A stretch of 63,703 bases of DNA, filler included, from Vannella sp. (lineage: Eukaryota), in NCBI GenBank assembly GCA_023345925.1. It is 4 parts of 4 records of this genome, joined end to end, with 100 filler letters (N's around TTAATTAATTAA, not from the genome) between each part and the next. Parts side by side here need not be neighbours in the genome. Positions count along the whole stretch, not along the records: positions 1 to 31,132 come from JAJQQN010000302.1; 3 more parts are not named here. One strand, 5' to 3'. The notes under the pieces were generated by a model, which was not told where the DNA came from, ran no database searches, and worked only from the letters and a program-made list of their open reading frames with translations. Both the position numbers and the translations under genes were made by a program. Position 1 is the stretch's first letter. Every line of letters starts with the position of its first letter. Shown here in pieces: positions 10,583 through 23,600 of the stretch.

Positions 10583-13003
10583 CTACTTGAGAAATTGCCA
10601 AAGGCTCTGCTTTGTGATTATGCCAACAAAGTGCCCGCGATGGGTGACACAAACATCGCGGAGTCCCAACATGGTGAAGATAAAGTGAACTTTTGACAAA
10701 CTTAGCTTCTCAGCGACTTGGAAAGGAGTGGGATCGACAATGACAGTGTCTCCAAAGCCGCATTGAATGTCTGAATTCGTGAACACAAATGGAATGGGCT
10801 GTTGCCAGAATGACACAGAGTTCGGAGCTGATACAGGGGCTTTGCGGACATGGCCTGGTAGTAAAGGAGGCCCTGTTGGTTCCAAATATTGATGTGCCTT
10901 CCCTCTGGAAGAGGGCGGCTGGAATTCATCAGGAATGTCATCCAAAGACTCTTCCTGAAAAGACATCAAGGATGTGGAATCTTCGGATGTGAGTAACTCT
11001 AAACGATGTGCTCTAGCCAAAGAGTGAGCCTCTTGAGGACTGTGTTGCGAAAAGGAGGTCGGGAAAGATGAACTTGCGTTGGCAACCAGTTTGAGCAATT
11101 CTTGCCGTTTCACCAAGCCAAGAAGAGTTCTCTTTTCGTTGTCATCAACCAATGGAAAGTTGTAATTGCTAAAGCGACCAGGCAGAGTGAATTCCTTGGC
11201 ATCTTGATAAGTCGAAGATAAAGTCAAAAATCGAACCCGCTGTTCAGGTTGCATCACATCCTGCGCAGTGAGATTCTTCATGCTAATTATAGTGAGAAAT
11301 CTCAACAAAGGAAGAGCTGGAGAGGTTACCTAGTTCCTGCTTTAAAGCTGGGCATGTAAGGAAGTCCCTTGTGAATGAGTAGCTCTTCGTAAATAGATCG
11401 GCACATCATCTTTGCGACTCCATCAGCAAGTAAAACACTAATGAGAACAGGAAGAAGAAGACCGAACTGGCCAGTAAGCTCTACTACAATCATAGCTGTT
11501 GAGATAGTGTGAGTGGCACTGGCACAAACAGCTGCCGCGCCCACAACCGCATAGGAGAGAGGAGATATCGCATTAGGAATCCAAAGCGCGACCAATTCAC
11601 CGACAAAGCGCCCATAGGCGCCCCCTAGAACAAAGAGAGGAGTGTACACTCCACAAGCCAGTCCAGCCAATTGAGAGATACTGGTCGTCAAGAACTTCAC
11701 AATGACCATCCCAAATAGATAAGGAATGTCCTGTGACTCTTTCGAATGCACATCAAAGATGTAATCGATACTCTGTTGATCATTCCGTACCAACGGGAAG
11801 GGGAACGTCAATAATGCCACAAACAAGCCAATACTAACAGCATACACGATAGTTCCGCTCCTTTGATACTTCACTTTTTGGGAGAGACGGAGAAGTGTCT
11901 TAGTGACTGCCACAAAAGCAGCTCCAATGAACCCTCCAGTAATTCCCACCAGCCCAAAAATGAAGAGCTCCTTGTAGTTGTACTCAAGCAAGCTCGAGAA
12001 AGCCTCCTCATTCAATCGGAAGAGCGAGATAAGTCCCACTTGGAGACCAAATTCAGCCAAAAGACGGATTACTAACGCACCACACATCGAGCACCAGAAC
12101 CCTTTCCAGAGGTTCTCTACCATGTAAAAGGAGCTTGTGACTTCCAAACTAAAGATAACGCCTCCAATTGGCGCTCCAAATGAACTGGAGACACCAACGG
12201 CACAAGCGGCCGATATCACTTGAAGCCGAAGAGACTGGTTTCGCGCCAGTTTCTTCCAAAGAGGAATGCGCATCACTTGGTGAGCTATGATAGAGCTGAT
12301 GTGGACGTAAGGACCCTCCTTGCCAATGGAAAGGCCTCCTGAAAAGGCGCAAACTAAACCGAGCACTTTGGCCACAAGAGTGGAGCCTGAGAGGAAGTAG
12401 GGGATGTCTACACCGGACAGGATACTCTTCATCTCTGGGATACCACTTCCTGTGGAGTAAGGGCTGACAAGAACGACCACGAGAGCGGAGATGAGGCAAA
12501 AGGTGACCGAGTATGTTGTGTACACGGCGTATCGCACCGGGAAGGATCCAAATGATACTAGTGGTCTCTCTATAGCTAAAGGAGCTATAAGCTTCATCCA
12601 CCTCGCTCAGAGAGAGGTGACAGACCATTGTACAGTTCGCTGATGGTAAAATCGATGAGGAAGGCACTCAAAGCGGAGAGTGCCCCCACCAGAGATAGTA
12701 TAATAAAGATGAATACCTTCTGCTCCGTAAACAAGTCGCCCCACATCTTCCTGTACCTGCCACAGCCCCTCCATGTCATTCAGGACGCCTTCTCCCGAGT
12801 CTCTCCTACCACCGAGCAGATCGGCCCGTTTCCTCCTCAACCACAAAGACTCCCTCTTCATCCACACCCGAAACAGAGTCCAGAACGTCCACTAACTCGT
12901 ATTTGATCCTCCCCGAGTGCGAAGCGCTCGCCCCCATGGACCAATCTCCCTCCCAATGGCCTCCCACAGGTCCCACCTCCTCCCTCGTCACTTCCTGAAG
13001 CAT
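10583..13003 (-). CDS. CLC chloride channel with two CBS domains (ClC-1/2-like)
   Basis: GSGIPE, GKEGP, FGAPIGGVIFSLEVT, SIYE and CBS domains. Start is uncertain (13003 or 12937). Confidence 0.9.
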
Positions 13004-13029
13004 GCAGAGGCATTTCCCTTCCTCCTCGG

Positions 13030-15309
13030 ATGCTCCGCGGAGGAGCAACGGGAAGATGGCGCGCTCTTGGGGCAAGTGTAGGCGCTCGTGGCTTTGCTAA
13101 GGGGAAGAAAGGAGCTCTTCCCTTTGAGTTGGGTGCTGGGCACAACATACGCTTGCGGGAGAACTTTGAGCCGCCCGCTTCGGACTCCGACAGCGATGGA
13201 CAGTACTTTGCAGCTGGCTTCTCTGAGGATCTACCGCCTGATCCCAGGGGGAGAGGTGGAGTATGTGATATGCATCTCTTTCTTCCTATTGCATTCGTCT
13301 AACCCTCTGGGGAAAGGTCCAGTTCGGAGACTGCCTTGATGAGGTGCCCGATGACGATAATGAGGACGAGGACGACGAGGATGATCGTTCTCACCCTGTA
13401 GAAGATACTGGGTTTGAGTTTCGCGACTATGGAGAGCTTCGTGAGCCCATGGAACCAGACAGCGACGAAGTCTCGATGAGCGCGGAGGAGAAGGACATGT
13501 TAAAGCTTCCTGATCAGCACAAGAAGGCCAAGAAGAAGTTCCCTTACGTCCAAAGAGACTGTAAGAACAACCCATCACCCACTTTGCACCCACAACAGCC
13601 TCTGATCGTGACGGGGAATGATCAGTTACCAAGTGCCGAGGTTGTGGCATTCGCCTTCAGTCCGACGAGCCTGTACAGCTGGGTTACGTGCCCCCACCAA
13701 ACGTTAAACGATCGCGTAAGAAGAAGCGGATCTGCCAGCGCTGCTACTACCTACGCTTCCATAACAAAGAGCCACCGCACCTCGAACGCAATGTGGAGCT
13801 CAAGTACGAGACTGGCCTTTCCGCGGAGTCTGTCAGTGCCTATCTCAGTGAAGTCCTTCCTACAAAGAGCTGTGTCATCCTTCACATGGTGGACCTTTCG
13901 GACATGTCACCGGACAGCTTTATTCCCAAGTGCGTTGAGTTTGCGTTTTCCTTTGTCTTCTGGAACTAACAATGGACCACACTAGCCTTACCAAAGTAGC
14001 AGGAACTAATCCAATCATCTTTATTGGTACCAAGTTAGACCTGTTACCGGGAGATTGGCGGATTCACCGGTTGAAACTTTGGCTCCAGAAGTATGCAAAG
14101 AAGTTCTGGTGCGTCCTCATTCTCAGTTATCTTCTTGAGGGCGTTGCTGAGTCAGTGCTAGTGGCTTGACCCAGTTGCCTTTGACGCATGTCCACATTGT
14201 ATCGGCCAGAAGTGGACAGAACGTCAAAGCGACGATGAGGAATGTCGATGTCTTCCGGAAAGATCGTGATTTGTATGTTATCGGGCCAGTGAATAGCGGA
14301 AAGAGTTCGTTTATCAACTCTGCTTTGCTTCATGTCGGCATTGGAGGCGTCAAATATGATAAGAAGTACGGTCTGACCACTTCTAACCTCCCTGGAACCA
14401 CTCTGGATGCAATCTCGATGCCTCTGAAGTCTGGAGGACATCTTCATGATACTCCTGGGTTCCAAGTGCCCAACATTCTGCCTTCTTTGGTCACTGGAGA
14501 ACGGAAGATAATGATCAGTCGAAAGTCGGTGCGTCTTCCATACTTTTCGTTGCTTAGCCAAACTCATTTCTTTCATTCCAAAGATCCGACCAAAGATTGT
14601 TTACATGCGAGAAGGAAAGTCAATTCTTCTTGGAGGATGTGCCAGGCTGGACTATCTTCGTGGTCCTCCGATGTACTTTGCTATCTTTGGCAGTTCCTTG
14701 TTGCCTCATCACTTTACAAGTATTGAAGGTGCAGAGAGACTGATTAACGGGAAGCTGGGGAGCTACTTGAGTCCTCCAGCGTTATTGGAAAGTGGCCAGC
14801 TGGAAAAGGAGTTGGATGCTTCCAGTAAATACACGACAAAGCTGTACAAGTATCTCCCGACCAAGCCAAAGAAATCCCAACCAAAAGAAGATGAAGAAGT
14901 AGAAGCTGATGAAGGATATGACAGTGGTGACGTCGTGGAGGTCGATGATGAACACACCGTTGAAAGCACGTTGACAGACAGAGTTCTATTACTGAATCAA
15001 CAGAGGCCATTCCCACTTCCCCTTAACTTCAGCGAAGAGCAATTCGAGTTGAATTACGGAGGAGAAGATTTTGACAGCGCTTTTGCTGATTTCGTCTTTC
15101 CTGGTATTGGATGGATTAGTGCCACTGGGAAAGCCGAAGAGAATCTCATATTCCGGGCTTCTAGCTTCAGCAAACCTTACATTCGGGATCCCATTATGCC
15201 TTTGGAAGCTAACCGAGACAAAAGAAAGGCGAGAGGGTACAAGAGACACGGAAAGCTGGCTAACTATCAATACTCCGTCGAAGAGCATCTTCCCTATTCT
15301 AAAGAGTGA
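13030..15309 (+). CDS. NOA1: NOA1/YqeH-type circularly permuted GTPase, probably mitochondrial
   Basis: Arg-rich presequence-like N-terminus, zinc finger CRGC..ICQRC, motif order G4 (TKLD), G5 (SAR), G1 (GPVNSGKSS), G2 (PGTT), G3 (DTPG). Multiple introns. Confidence 0.85.
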
Positions 15310-15342
15310 ATTGTTCAATTCTAAAAGCTTTAACAATAATAA

Positions 15343-18300
15343 TCAACATGTTGAGGTCCGATAGGCACTCATTAACCGTCGTTGGGGAGTTATGTGGGAT
15401 GCGTTTCGGGGTCGAGGAGCGGCTCGAAGGAATTGTAGGGGAACTGGTAGACTTCCGCGTGCTATCGCGCTATCCCACTTGTGAATCTCAGCATCATTAC
15501 TCGAGAAAAGAAGCGAATGGTAGACGGAAAGGTGGACCATATCTTGTTGTCTATCTTGGACGGTAGCTTCTTGAAGAGGCTTTTTGCTCGTCAAGTCCCA
15601 AACGATAAAGTTCCGACTTGTCAAGGTGGCCATCCGATCGTCTTCTGGAATATGGAGAATGTCAGAAACAGAGGCGCCAGCGTGGACCTTGCTGCTATGA
15701 ATTCTTCGGATCTCCTCCCCAAGAGAAACCCATTCAATCAAAGTGCCACTCGAGTCTCCTGACCACATGCACGAGCCAGTGGAACACATACTCGTTATGG
15801 GAGCATCTTTGTGAGCCTCCCAAGAAGCAGTCAGCGAAAATGATTCCGGATCGTACACTTCTATGGCGTTATCGTTACTGACCCAAACTGGCCCACCTTC
15901 TGAGTACTGTTCGAAGATACGGAAGCAGTTTCCACTCAACGCCTGAAGAAGTACTCCAGAAGAGCTGTAAATAGCCATAGATGGCTCTTGAACAGTGAAT
16001 TGAGTCGAAATGCCGACCTTCTGACGACCTCCTTCAAGATGAATCAATTTCATACGAACTCTCTCCAGGCAGTCCTCAGAAGTTTCCTCAATCATTGGAG
16101 ACAGGATTTCCTTGCAAGGCGCTCCTGTCTCGACTTGAGTCCAGATTGTGATGGCGCCGCGACTGTTGATAGACCAAATTGCCTTTGAGAAGGGAACGAA
16201 CACCATATCGAGGACTTCATAGGTGCCGCTTTGCAGCAATAGCTGGCGATCACTTTGCAGCAAATCTTGCATAAATATTGTTCCATTAGAGTATCCAACG
16301 ATCAGCCAATCCCCGATAACTCGGGTAACAGTAATCTGACGTCTCCCCTGATCAATAGAGAGTTTAAGCCTCCTTCCTTCATACAAATGCTTGTACGTTG
16401 GCCTCAAAGTCATGTGTTCTTTCCGATGTTGCTTGGATTTAGCCTTCAAATCTGCAGTTAAAGTGCTCCGTCTGCTAGACAGAGTGAAGCCGGCACTCCT
16501 CCGTAGCTCTAAGAGTTCAGACAATATTTGTTCAATCTCAACAAAGCTCGGTCGCTTGTGTGGATCTCGTAAAAGGCAACGCTCTATCATCTCTATGAAC
16601 TTGGGAGGAGCACCTTCTTCCTCAGGAGGCATGCTGGGTCGAAGGCCGCGATTTAAAATGTGGGATTTGATGAGATGAGGTACAATAAAACCAGTAACTT
16701 CATCACAGTACTCTGGAAACTCTTCAAACTCTGAAAAAGGCATTTGGCGGCTGGCAAGCTCCCAACAGCACATCCCAAAGCTGTAGTTGTCACTTAAATG
16801 CGTGTAATGGCATCCTTCCATGACTTCAGGAGCGATCCATTGCCAGGATGCTAGAGCCCCTCCCAACCCAATAGCAGATTGGCGGGAAAGTCCAAAGTCG
16901 GCCACTTTGGCTCTGACAACGTGAACATCTTCAGAGAAGGAGTCTAAGAAGATATTAGGAGATCGCAAGTCGCGATGTGCAATGGGAGGAGTCATCTGGT
17001 GTAGATACTTCATGCCACGAGCAATATCGTAGGCAAATAGAAGTCGGAGGCGCCAAGGAAAATCCTCTTTCGAGATGGTTCCAAGTTTTCCACAAGGCAA
17101 TGAAGGGTGCATGAAAGCCATCAAGTCACCGTGGTGAGCCAGCTCCAAAATGAGTCTCAATGGAGACTTGGTGACACCAAAGAAACGCACCAAATGGGGA
17201 TCACTCATCAAACTCATCAAATACGCCTCTCGCTGAAACTCAATAAAGTTATTCAGCTCAGCAGTCTCATTGTCAGGCTTAGAGTTGACTTCTTTGATAG
17301 CCACTTCCACCTGCCGTTCCTTAGTCATATGAATTACCCCAGCATAAACAGTCCCGAATCCTCCAGAACCTAATTCCCGCTCGATTGTGGTATCTTCGTT
17401 GGAAACAAGAGGTAGATCTTCCATTGTTATATCTGGTGTCATAACCGAAAGTCGGACGCAGCGAGAAGAGGAGTTAATATCAGAGCAGAAGACGTAATTT
17501 TGCCCTGATTGGAAAGCGCGAAGTACTTCAAAAAAGGAAAATTCGTAGAGCGTCTCTTCGTCTGCTTTGTTAGAGGACTCGTTGTTAAGGGAAAGGCAAT
17601 GAGGACATATAATCTTCCTTTCCACGTCATTTCCAACATTATAACCTTCGATGAAGGTCATGAGGACCTCCTGTATGATGCGAAATAACTTGGCTATTTG
17701 AGATCGCATTAAAATGGATATCAGATGGGTATCTTCGGGCACCTTTTGATATCGCACGTGAATTTCTAGCTGGTAAAGAGATGGTGTGAACCGGAGAAGT
17801 GCTCTGCAAGAGGAAGTTTCTCGCTTTTCCTCTCGGAAATACTTTTGCAGTTCAGTGGGCTCATTTGTCAGACCGATTATGACCTCTCGCCTGTACATCG
17901 CTTCAACTCGAATGTCTGGAAGCTGAATCAGATGAGCCGTGACTTGTTCAAAGTAGTCAATCGGCAAGAATGGGTAAATCTCGATCCTTCTTAATTCTCC
18001 GTGTTGTTGATCCCATTTTGAGGGCCACAAATGGTCAAGAGTCTCTTCTTCAATCCGTTCGGGCTGAAGCCACGGAAGAACCATCAGATGAGGAGAAGAA
18101 AACATGCGATAGCCTATTTGATACTTTTGTAGTTGTTGGATGAGCGGCGGGTGAAGGAACTCCTCAAAAGTCCTGAAAATTTCAGAAGTACTCCTTTGGT
18201 CCAGAACGCTTGAAGGGAGGAGACCAGCTTTCATGGACTCTTGTAAAGTCTGTAGAACATCACAAAGTCTCTCTGGTCGGATAAAGACCAAATTGTGCGC

Positions 18301-20419
18301 GGGATTAGGGCATTTGTGAAAGAGGAGCAAAGAACTATAATTATGAAGGAAGCGAGTCATTCCCTCTAACTCTGACTCTGTAATGTTGAAAACGTGTGCG
18401 TGTCTCATGAAAGCAGACCAACTCAGCCAATCAACCCCGCGGTTGTCTCTCCACTCCTTTAGGCGGTCAGATAGTCGAACCCAAGAGACAGGCACCATTA
18501 TAGAACTCTCCTTTGCATAATCCTGTGCCAGAGTGCCTTTCAGTTTGGAGACTCCTTGACCGGAGCTACTGCAGACGGAGAAGATTTGAGTTGATAAGTT
18601 ATTGTAAACACTTTTGCGAAACTTGGACTGGATTTCCTCCATTCTGTCCTTAACATACTCTTCTGTACACGCCTCCTGGTCATTGAATGTCCCAACCAGA
18701 TACACCCTTCCGGAAGGGTAGCCAGACAGTGAATCCGAAGAATCCTCCGCTTCAATTTGGCGGGTATGCTGCTTCAGTCGTCGAAGCCAGAACTCTATTT
18801 CACTGATATCGAACGGATAGAGCTTAAAAACAAGCAAGTATGAGCAAGCCGTGCCGAGAAATAGATGGTGCGTTGGACAAGTGATATCGTCCCCACCCAG
18901 GTCCCAGATGCTCGGAACAACTGTGCTCAGAGCATTGGAACCAGGATCTTCAATGATACTTAGATTCCCTAAAGCTATCGTCGAGAATCTTCTTCTCGTA
19001 TTTGTTCGAGTCAAAGTGGACTTCACGTGAGTGAGATGTCTAGCCAAGCTACTCTTCCCAGAACGGCGCTGTCCAACAACAACAATCTTACGTTCCTTCC
19101 AATGATCTGCTCGCGCTAGAACACTCGATAAGTAAACTTGCTGTTTGGCCCATCCACCGATATTATACGGAGGAGGGATGTCTCCAAAAGGATTCCCCTC
19201 TGTCCTGATACTTTCTATCTTATCTAAAAGCGCCAGAGACTCAGGCAGATCTCCTAGAAAGTTGTTGCGAAGGTCCAAAGAGCTGACAGCTGACTTTCGG
19301 ATACAGGTGACCATTAAAGGACTTAATCGCTTCAATCGCATGCGACGGAGATCCAAATAGCTCCCAGACTTATCACTGGTCATGCAGAGGTGAATGAGGA
19401 GAAGAAGGAGTGATTCCATTTCCGGCCCCGAATTCTCCAGCATGGAGAAGACCGTTTGATCAAACTGATGACGTCAGGCCAAGAATGAGATGAATGGAAC
19501 GAGAACTCACTTGATTGACGGCTCGTAGATCGATTCCAGGCGCTTTTAGAAAGAGAGAAGCAACCAGAGCGTTCCATTCGCGCTCTGTCCCCTTTCCCTT
19601 TCCCTGGTTGCACATTTCGGAGTGATGAACAGCCCAATGTAGTAAGGTGAAACCCTCCTATGGAGTGTCAGTAATCAGGTTGTGAGAGAACAAAGCAGGG
19701 TCGCACTTCATCACAGAGTTCCTCTAGGCTCCGCAAGCAGGAAGGAGCCTCTATGTCTGTATCAAGTGATTGAAGTAGCCTGTTTGTAACTGATACCTCT
19801 CCTTGTGCTATAAGGGAGAGCACTATCGAGGGTAGGAGCGGAGAGGAGAGCAAAAGAGACTTTGCAGAAGTTCCAGCTGCTCCTGCTACGTGATTGATAT
19901 CTCCACCACCCCTTAGCAGTTCTAATGAAGCAGCCAGGTTCTTGGTCGAAACAGCCATCATGAGAGGCGTCCAGCCCTCCTAAAGGCACAACAATTGAGT
20001 GGGAGGAAGATGTAGACCAAGTAACACACCCTGTTCACTGCATTAACGTCTGCCTGTGAGTGAATGAGCAACTTGATGATCTCAATGTCCCCTTTCTGGT
20101 TGTTGGCGCAGAGGTGAAGGGCGGAGAGCTGTGTTTTCTTCGGGGAAGGTTAAGCAAGAGCGAACAGAAGGCCAAAGGGACATACTTGGGACTGTCTATT
20201 GATATCTGCTCCCAAACGAAGAAGAGCGCGGGCCAAAGGGATGCGGTTGCGGGAACAGGCGACTTGAAGGAGCGTGTACTGCTGGTAGACACTTTCCAAG
20301 CCCACTCGCCCCTCCTGTAGCGCTTGCAACACAGACAGAGGATCCTCCTCATACATACAAGCCAAAAAAGCTTTGCGAATCTCCCCAGAAGCCTGAAGAG
20401 GCTCCTCTCCGTCAGACAT
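15343..20419 (-). CDS. ROCO protein kinase A (ANK-LRR-Roc-COR-TKL kinase-WD40)
   Basis: Ankyrin exons from MSDGEEPLQ, LRRs (LDLRNNFLGDLP), P-loop GQRRSGKSS, WDLGG, COR with CPHC, kinase GSGGFG/VAIK/HRDLRSPN/DFG/APE and WD40-like tail. Confidence 0.9.
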
Positions 20420-20649
20420 CGCCGTTGGCGGAGCCGAAACGAAAATGGCTCTCTTTCCCTCCCTTTTAGTCCTTTTGAATGAGACTTTGCGGAAACTAAT
20501 CACTCTCCTTTCCTTTTACTTCTGCTTCCTATGACCAAGAGGTAGTGGGCTCGGAATGAGCCCCTTTCACCTCCTCGTGTGCGTTTTGTTGTGCGGGAGG
20601 GGATTGGTGACGGGTTGGGTTAGTGGAATCAGAGCAATGCCAATCTTGT

Positions 20650-23600
20650 TTATGGGTTATCACTTGGTTCCATCCGAATCATACTGGCTCCGGATCGGCT
20701 GCGATAAGACCGATTCCTATGAGATGAGGAATCTCCTCCTTCTCCTCCTTCTCCTCCCTCCTCCACCTTCTCTTCCTTCTCGGGGTGAATAATGGGAGTT
20801 TCTGGTGAAGAGAGCTTCCAGCGGATAACCCGCAACTGGTCGCAGGTATAAATGAATGGCTCTTGTATGGACATGTGCCCAACTGTCTCAGGATCCCACT
20901 GCATGGCAGCCTCTTGCAAAGGTGTGTTGTTGTTGGCCAAGTCCCAAGTGAGGAAGTTACGATGAGTGAGACTTGCCAATTGGTTGCTCTCTGCAATAAC
21001 CTGCAAGTCAAGAATAGAAGAACCCGTGTGCATGCAGTTGCAGAGAGTTCTCCTGATTTCTTCTCCAACGCTCTTCCACTCACAAATCATGCCCATTTGA
21101 TCTCCAGTCCACACAGTAGTCCCTGTGAAGCACAAGCTGGTAATAGTTGCCTCGGGGTGTGCTTCCCATGAGACAACTTTGTCGTAAGTCACTGGGTCAA
21201 TTAATTCCAGAAATTGGCCATGGGCCGTCCATACGGCTCCTTCAGCATATTGAACACACAATCTTGGTTCCTCTCCCGCTATCACGTGAATCAATGTTCC
21301 AGAAGTGCTGAATACCATTATGGCTTGCCTCTCTAACGCGGGTTGAGTGGATACCCACACAGTGGAGAGGCGGTTAGGTAAATCGACAACTGTAGCTTGG
21401 ATTCGTTGATAACGCGCCGTTGCACCAGAGATGCGTTCCAGCTTTTTCTTAGTGGCTTTTTCGGACTCCCAGTTGCTCCATATAGTAACAAAACCTCTGC
21501 TATTGATCTCCCATAGATCATCTGTGGATGGGACATGAAGTAACTCTGCTATACGATAGGTGTTCGACTGCAACAGCCGCGTAGCAGTGGGCACACTCCT
21601 ATTCTGAAGATAAACAGTTCCATTTGAGAACCCTAAAATGAGCCAATCTCTGATAGTGAGCATTTTTGTGATAGTACGTCGTCCAATTGGGATTTCCAAG
21701 GGGAGCAGTTCACATGAATAAGTGTTTTTCATCTCAGGAAGGCTTCTTTGAGAATTTTCCAGCCGACGCTGCTTTGCTTGTCGGATAAGCTCACCCGAGA
21801 AAGTTATTCTTCTTGAAGTGACTGGAACTGAGCACAGTCTTTGCGGGTCTAGAATGTTCAAAAGAGACTGCTCAATCTCGACAAAAGTGGGTCTGCTGGC
21901 GGGATCTCTGGCTAAGCACCTCCTTATCATCTCCACGAATTTAGGAGGGGCACCTTCCTCCTCTGCAGGCATCGAGGGTCGGAGGTCAGCATAAAGAATC
22001 ATCGGTTGAATCAATCTGGGTGCTACAAAGCCCGTATCTGGCGCACAGAACATTGGGTTTCCCTCAAATTCAATGTAAGGTAGCGTTCGAGTAGCTAGCT
22101 CAAGGCAGCAGATTCCGTAGCTGTAGTTATCACTCATGTAGTTGTAGTGCTCCCCTGCAACAACTTCCGGAGCAGTCCATTGCCAAGTACCAAGAGGAGC
22201 AGAGTATCCAGCGACAGACTGGCGTGACATCCCAAAATCAGCCACTTTCGCTCGAACAAGAGTGGGATCATCAGAGAGAGTGTCAATGAAAATATTTGGC
22301 GACCGAAGATCCCGATGTGCGATAGGCGGTTGCTGCTGGTGGAGGTGCATCATCCCACGGGCGACATCCAAAGCGATTAGCAACCGCAATCTCCAAGGAA
22401 ACGCTTCTTTTTCAATGTTGCCCCGCTCTCCTGAGGGTTGCATTGGGTAAAGGAGCTCCATCAGATCGCGATGGCGAACCAGTTCCAAAATTAAGCGCAA
22501 TGGAGATTTGGCAATGCCATAGAACTTGACAACGTAAGGACTATTCATCTTACTCATAATCGCCACTTCTCGTTGAAACTCAATGAATACAGAAAGCTCC
22601 TCACTTTCTGACTTCTCCTCGGAAATTTTGACCTCCTTTACAGCTACTTCAACCTCACGTCCTCCAGGGAGTGTCAGAATACCGCTACTCACAACTCCAA
22701 AAGATCCAGAACCAAGAGTTTTAAGAACCTTGATATCCTCGCTTGCTAGAAGTGGCAAATCCTCCATCGAAATATCCGGACTGACCGAGGAGACATCCAA
22801 GCACCGGGAAGACGACTCAATATGGGAGCAGAATACAAAGCCAGTGCCCCTCTGAAAAGAAGAGTACAATTCGTGGTAATTAAACTCAAAGAGAGATTCA
22901 GCACTCTCTACAGGAAGGTCGATGAGATGAGCTAAACAATGAGAGCAAGTGATTCGCCGTTTCGTCTCTGATCTGATGTTGAAGTCTTCAACAATCGTCC
23001 AAATGATCTCTTGTGATGCCCTCAGCAGCTGGGCCAAATGAGCGTCCACTTTCATTTGGGATGTCTCGTTAATTTCTGACATGCTCCTTAAGCGCTGATG
23101 TCTGACTCGGAGTTGCACTCGATATGCTGATTTCTCGTAGCGGATTAGGGCTGTACAAGAACCAGCTGCTTGGACCAGACTAAACACTACTTCACTCCGA
23201 GACATTGCAATGATACTGAACTGAGGAGATTGAGTGAGAGTCGCCAGTAACTTGGAAAAGAACTCGGAAAGTACGAATGAATACTGCTCTGTGCGGCGCA
23301 ACTCCACCGTAGCCGTATCACAAAGAGGAGGCCAGCATCGATCCATCTCCTTGGCAGATAAGCGCGACGGTAATGACCACGGCAGGAACAAAGAATGGTA
23401 CTCACGAAACGCGAGTCCGCGCCTCTCAAGGAGATCAAACAGGGGCTGCCGTAAGAACTGAGGCAGGATCTCAGAAAGCGGACTGGTAAAACGCAGAATA
23501 TCCAACCTTCCCCCGCTGCAAGCTTGCTTGAGGGATAGAAAGAGCTGATGCAACCAATCTGGTTCAATGAATATAAGGTTTTGAGAGGGAATACTGCTTT

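Noticed and set aside
15343..19443. 4-kb intronless ROCO exons as evidence of HGT or retroposition
   Set aside because: KARS1, IARS1 and RPB2 also have long intron-free stretches with mostly 5' introns, so this is a genome-wide pattern.
20730..20780. CTC-rich simple repeat
   Set aside because: It encodes the Glu/Gly-rich C-terminal tail of ROCO B.
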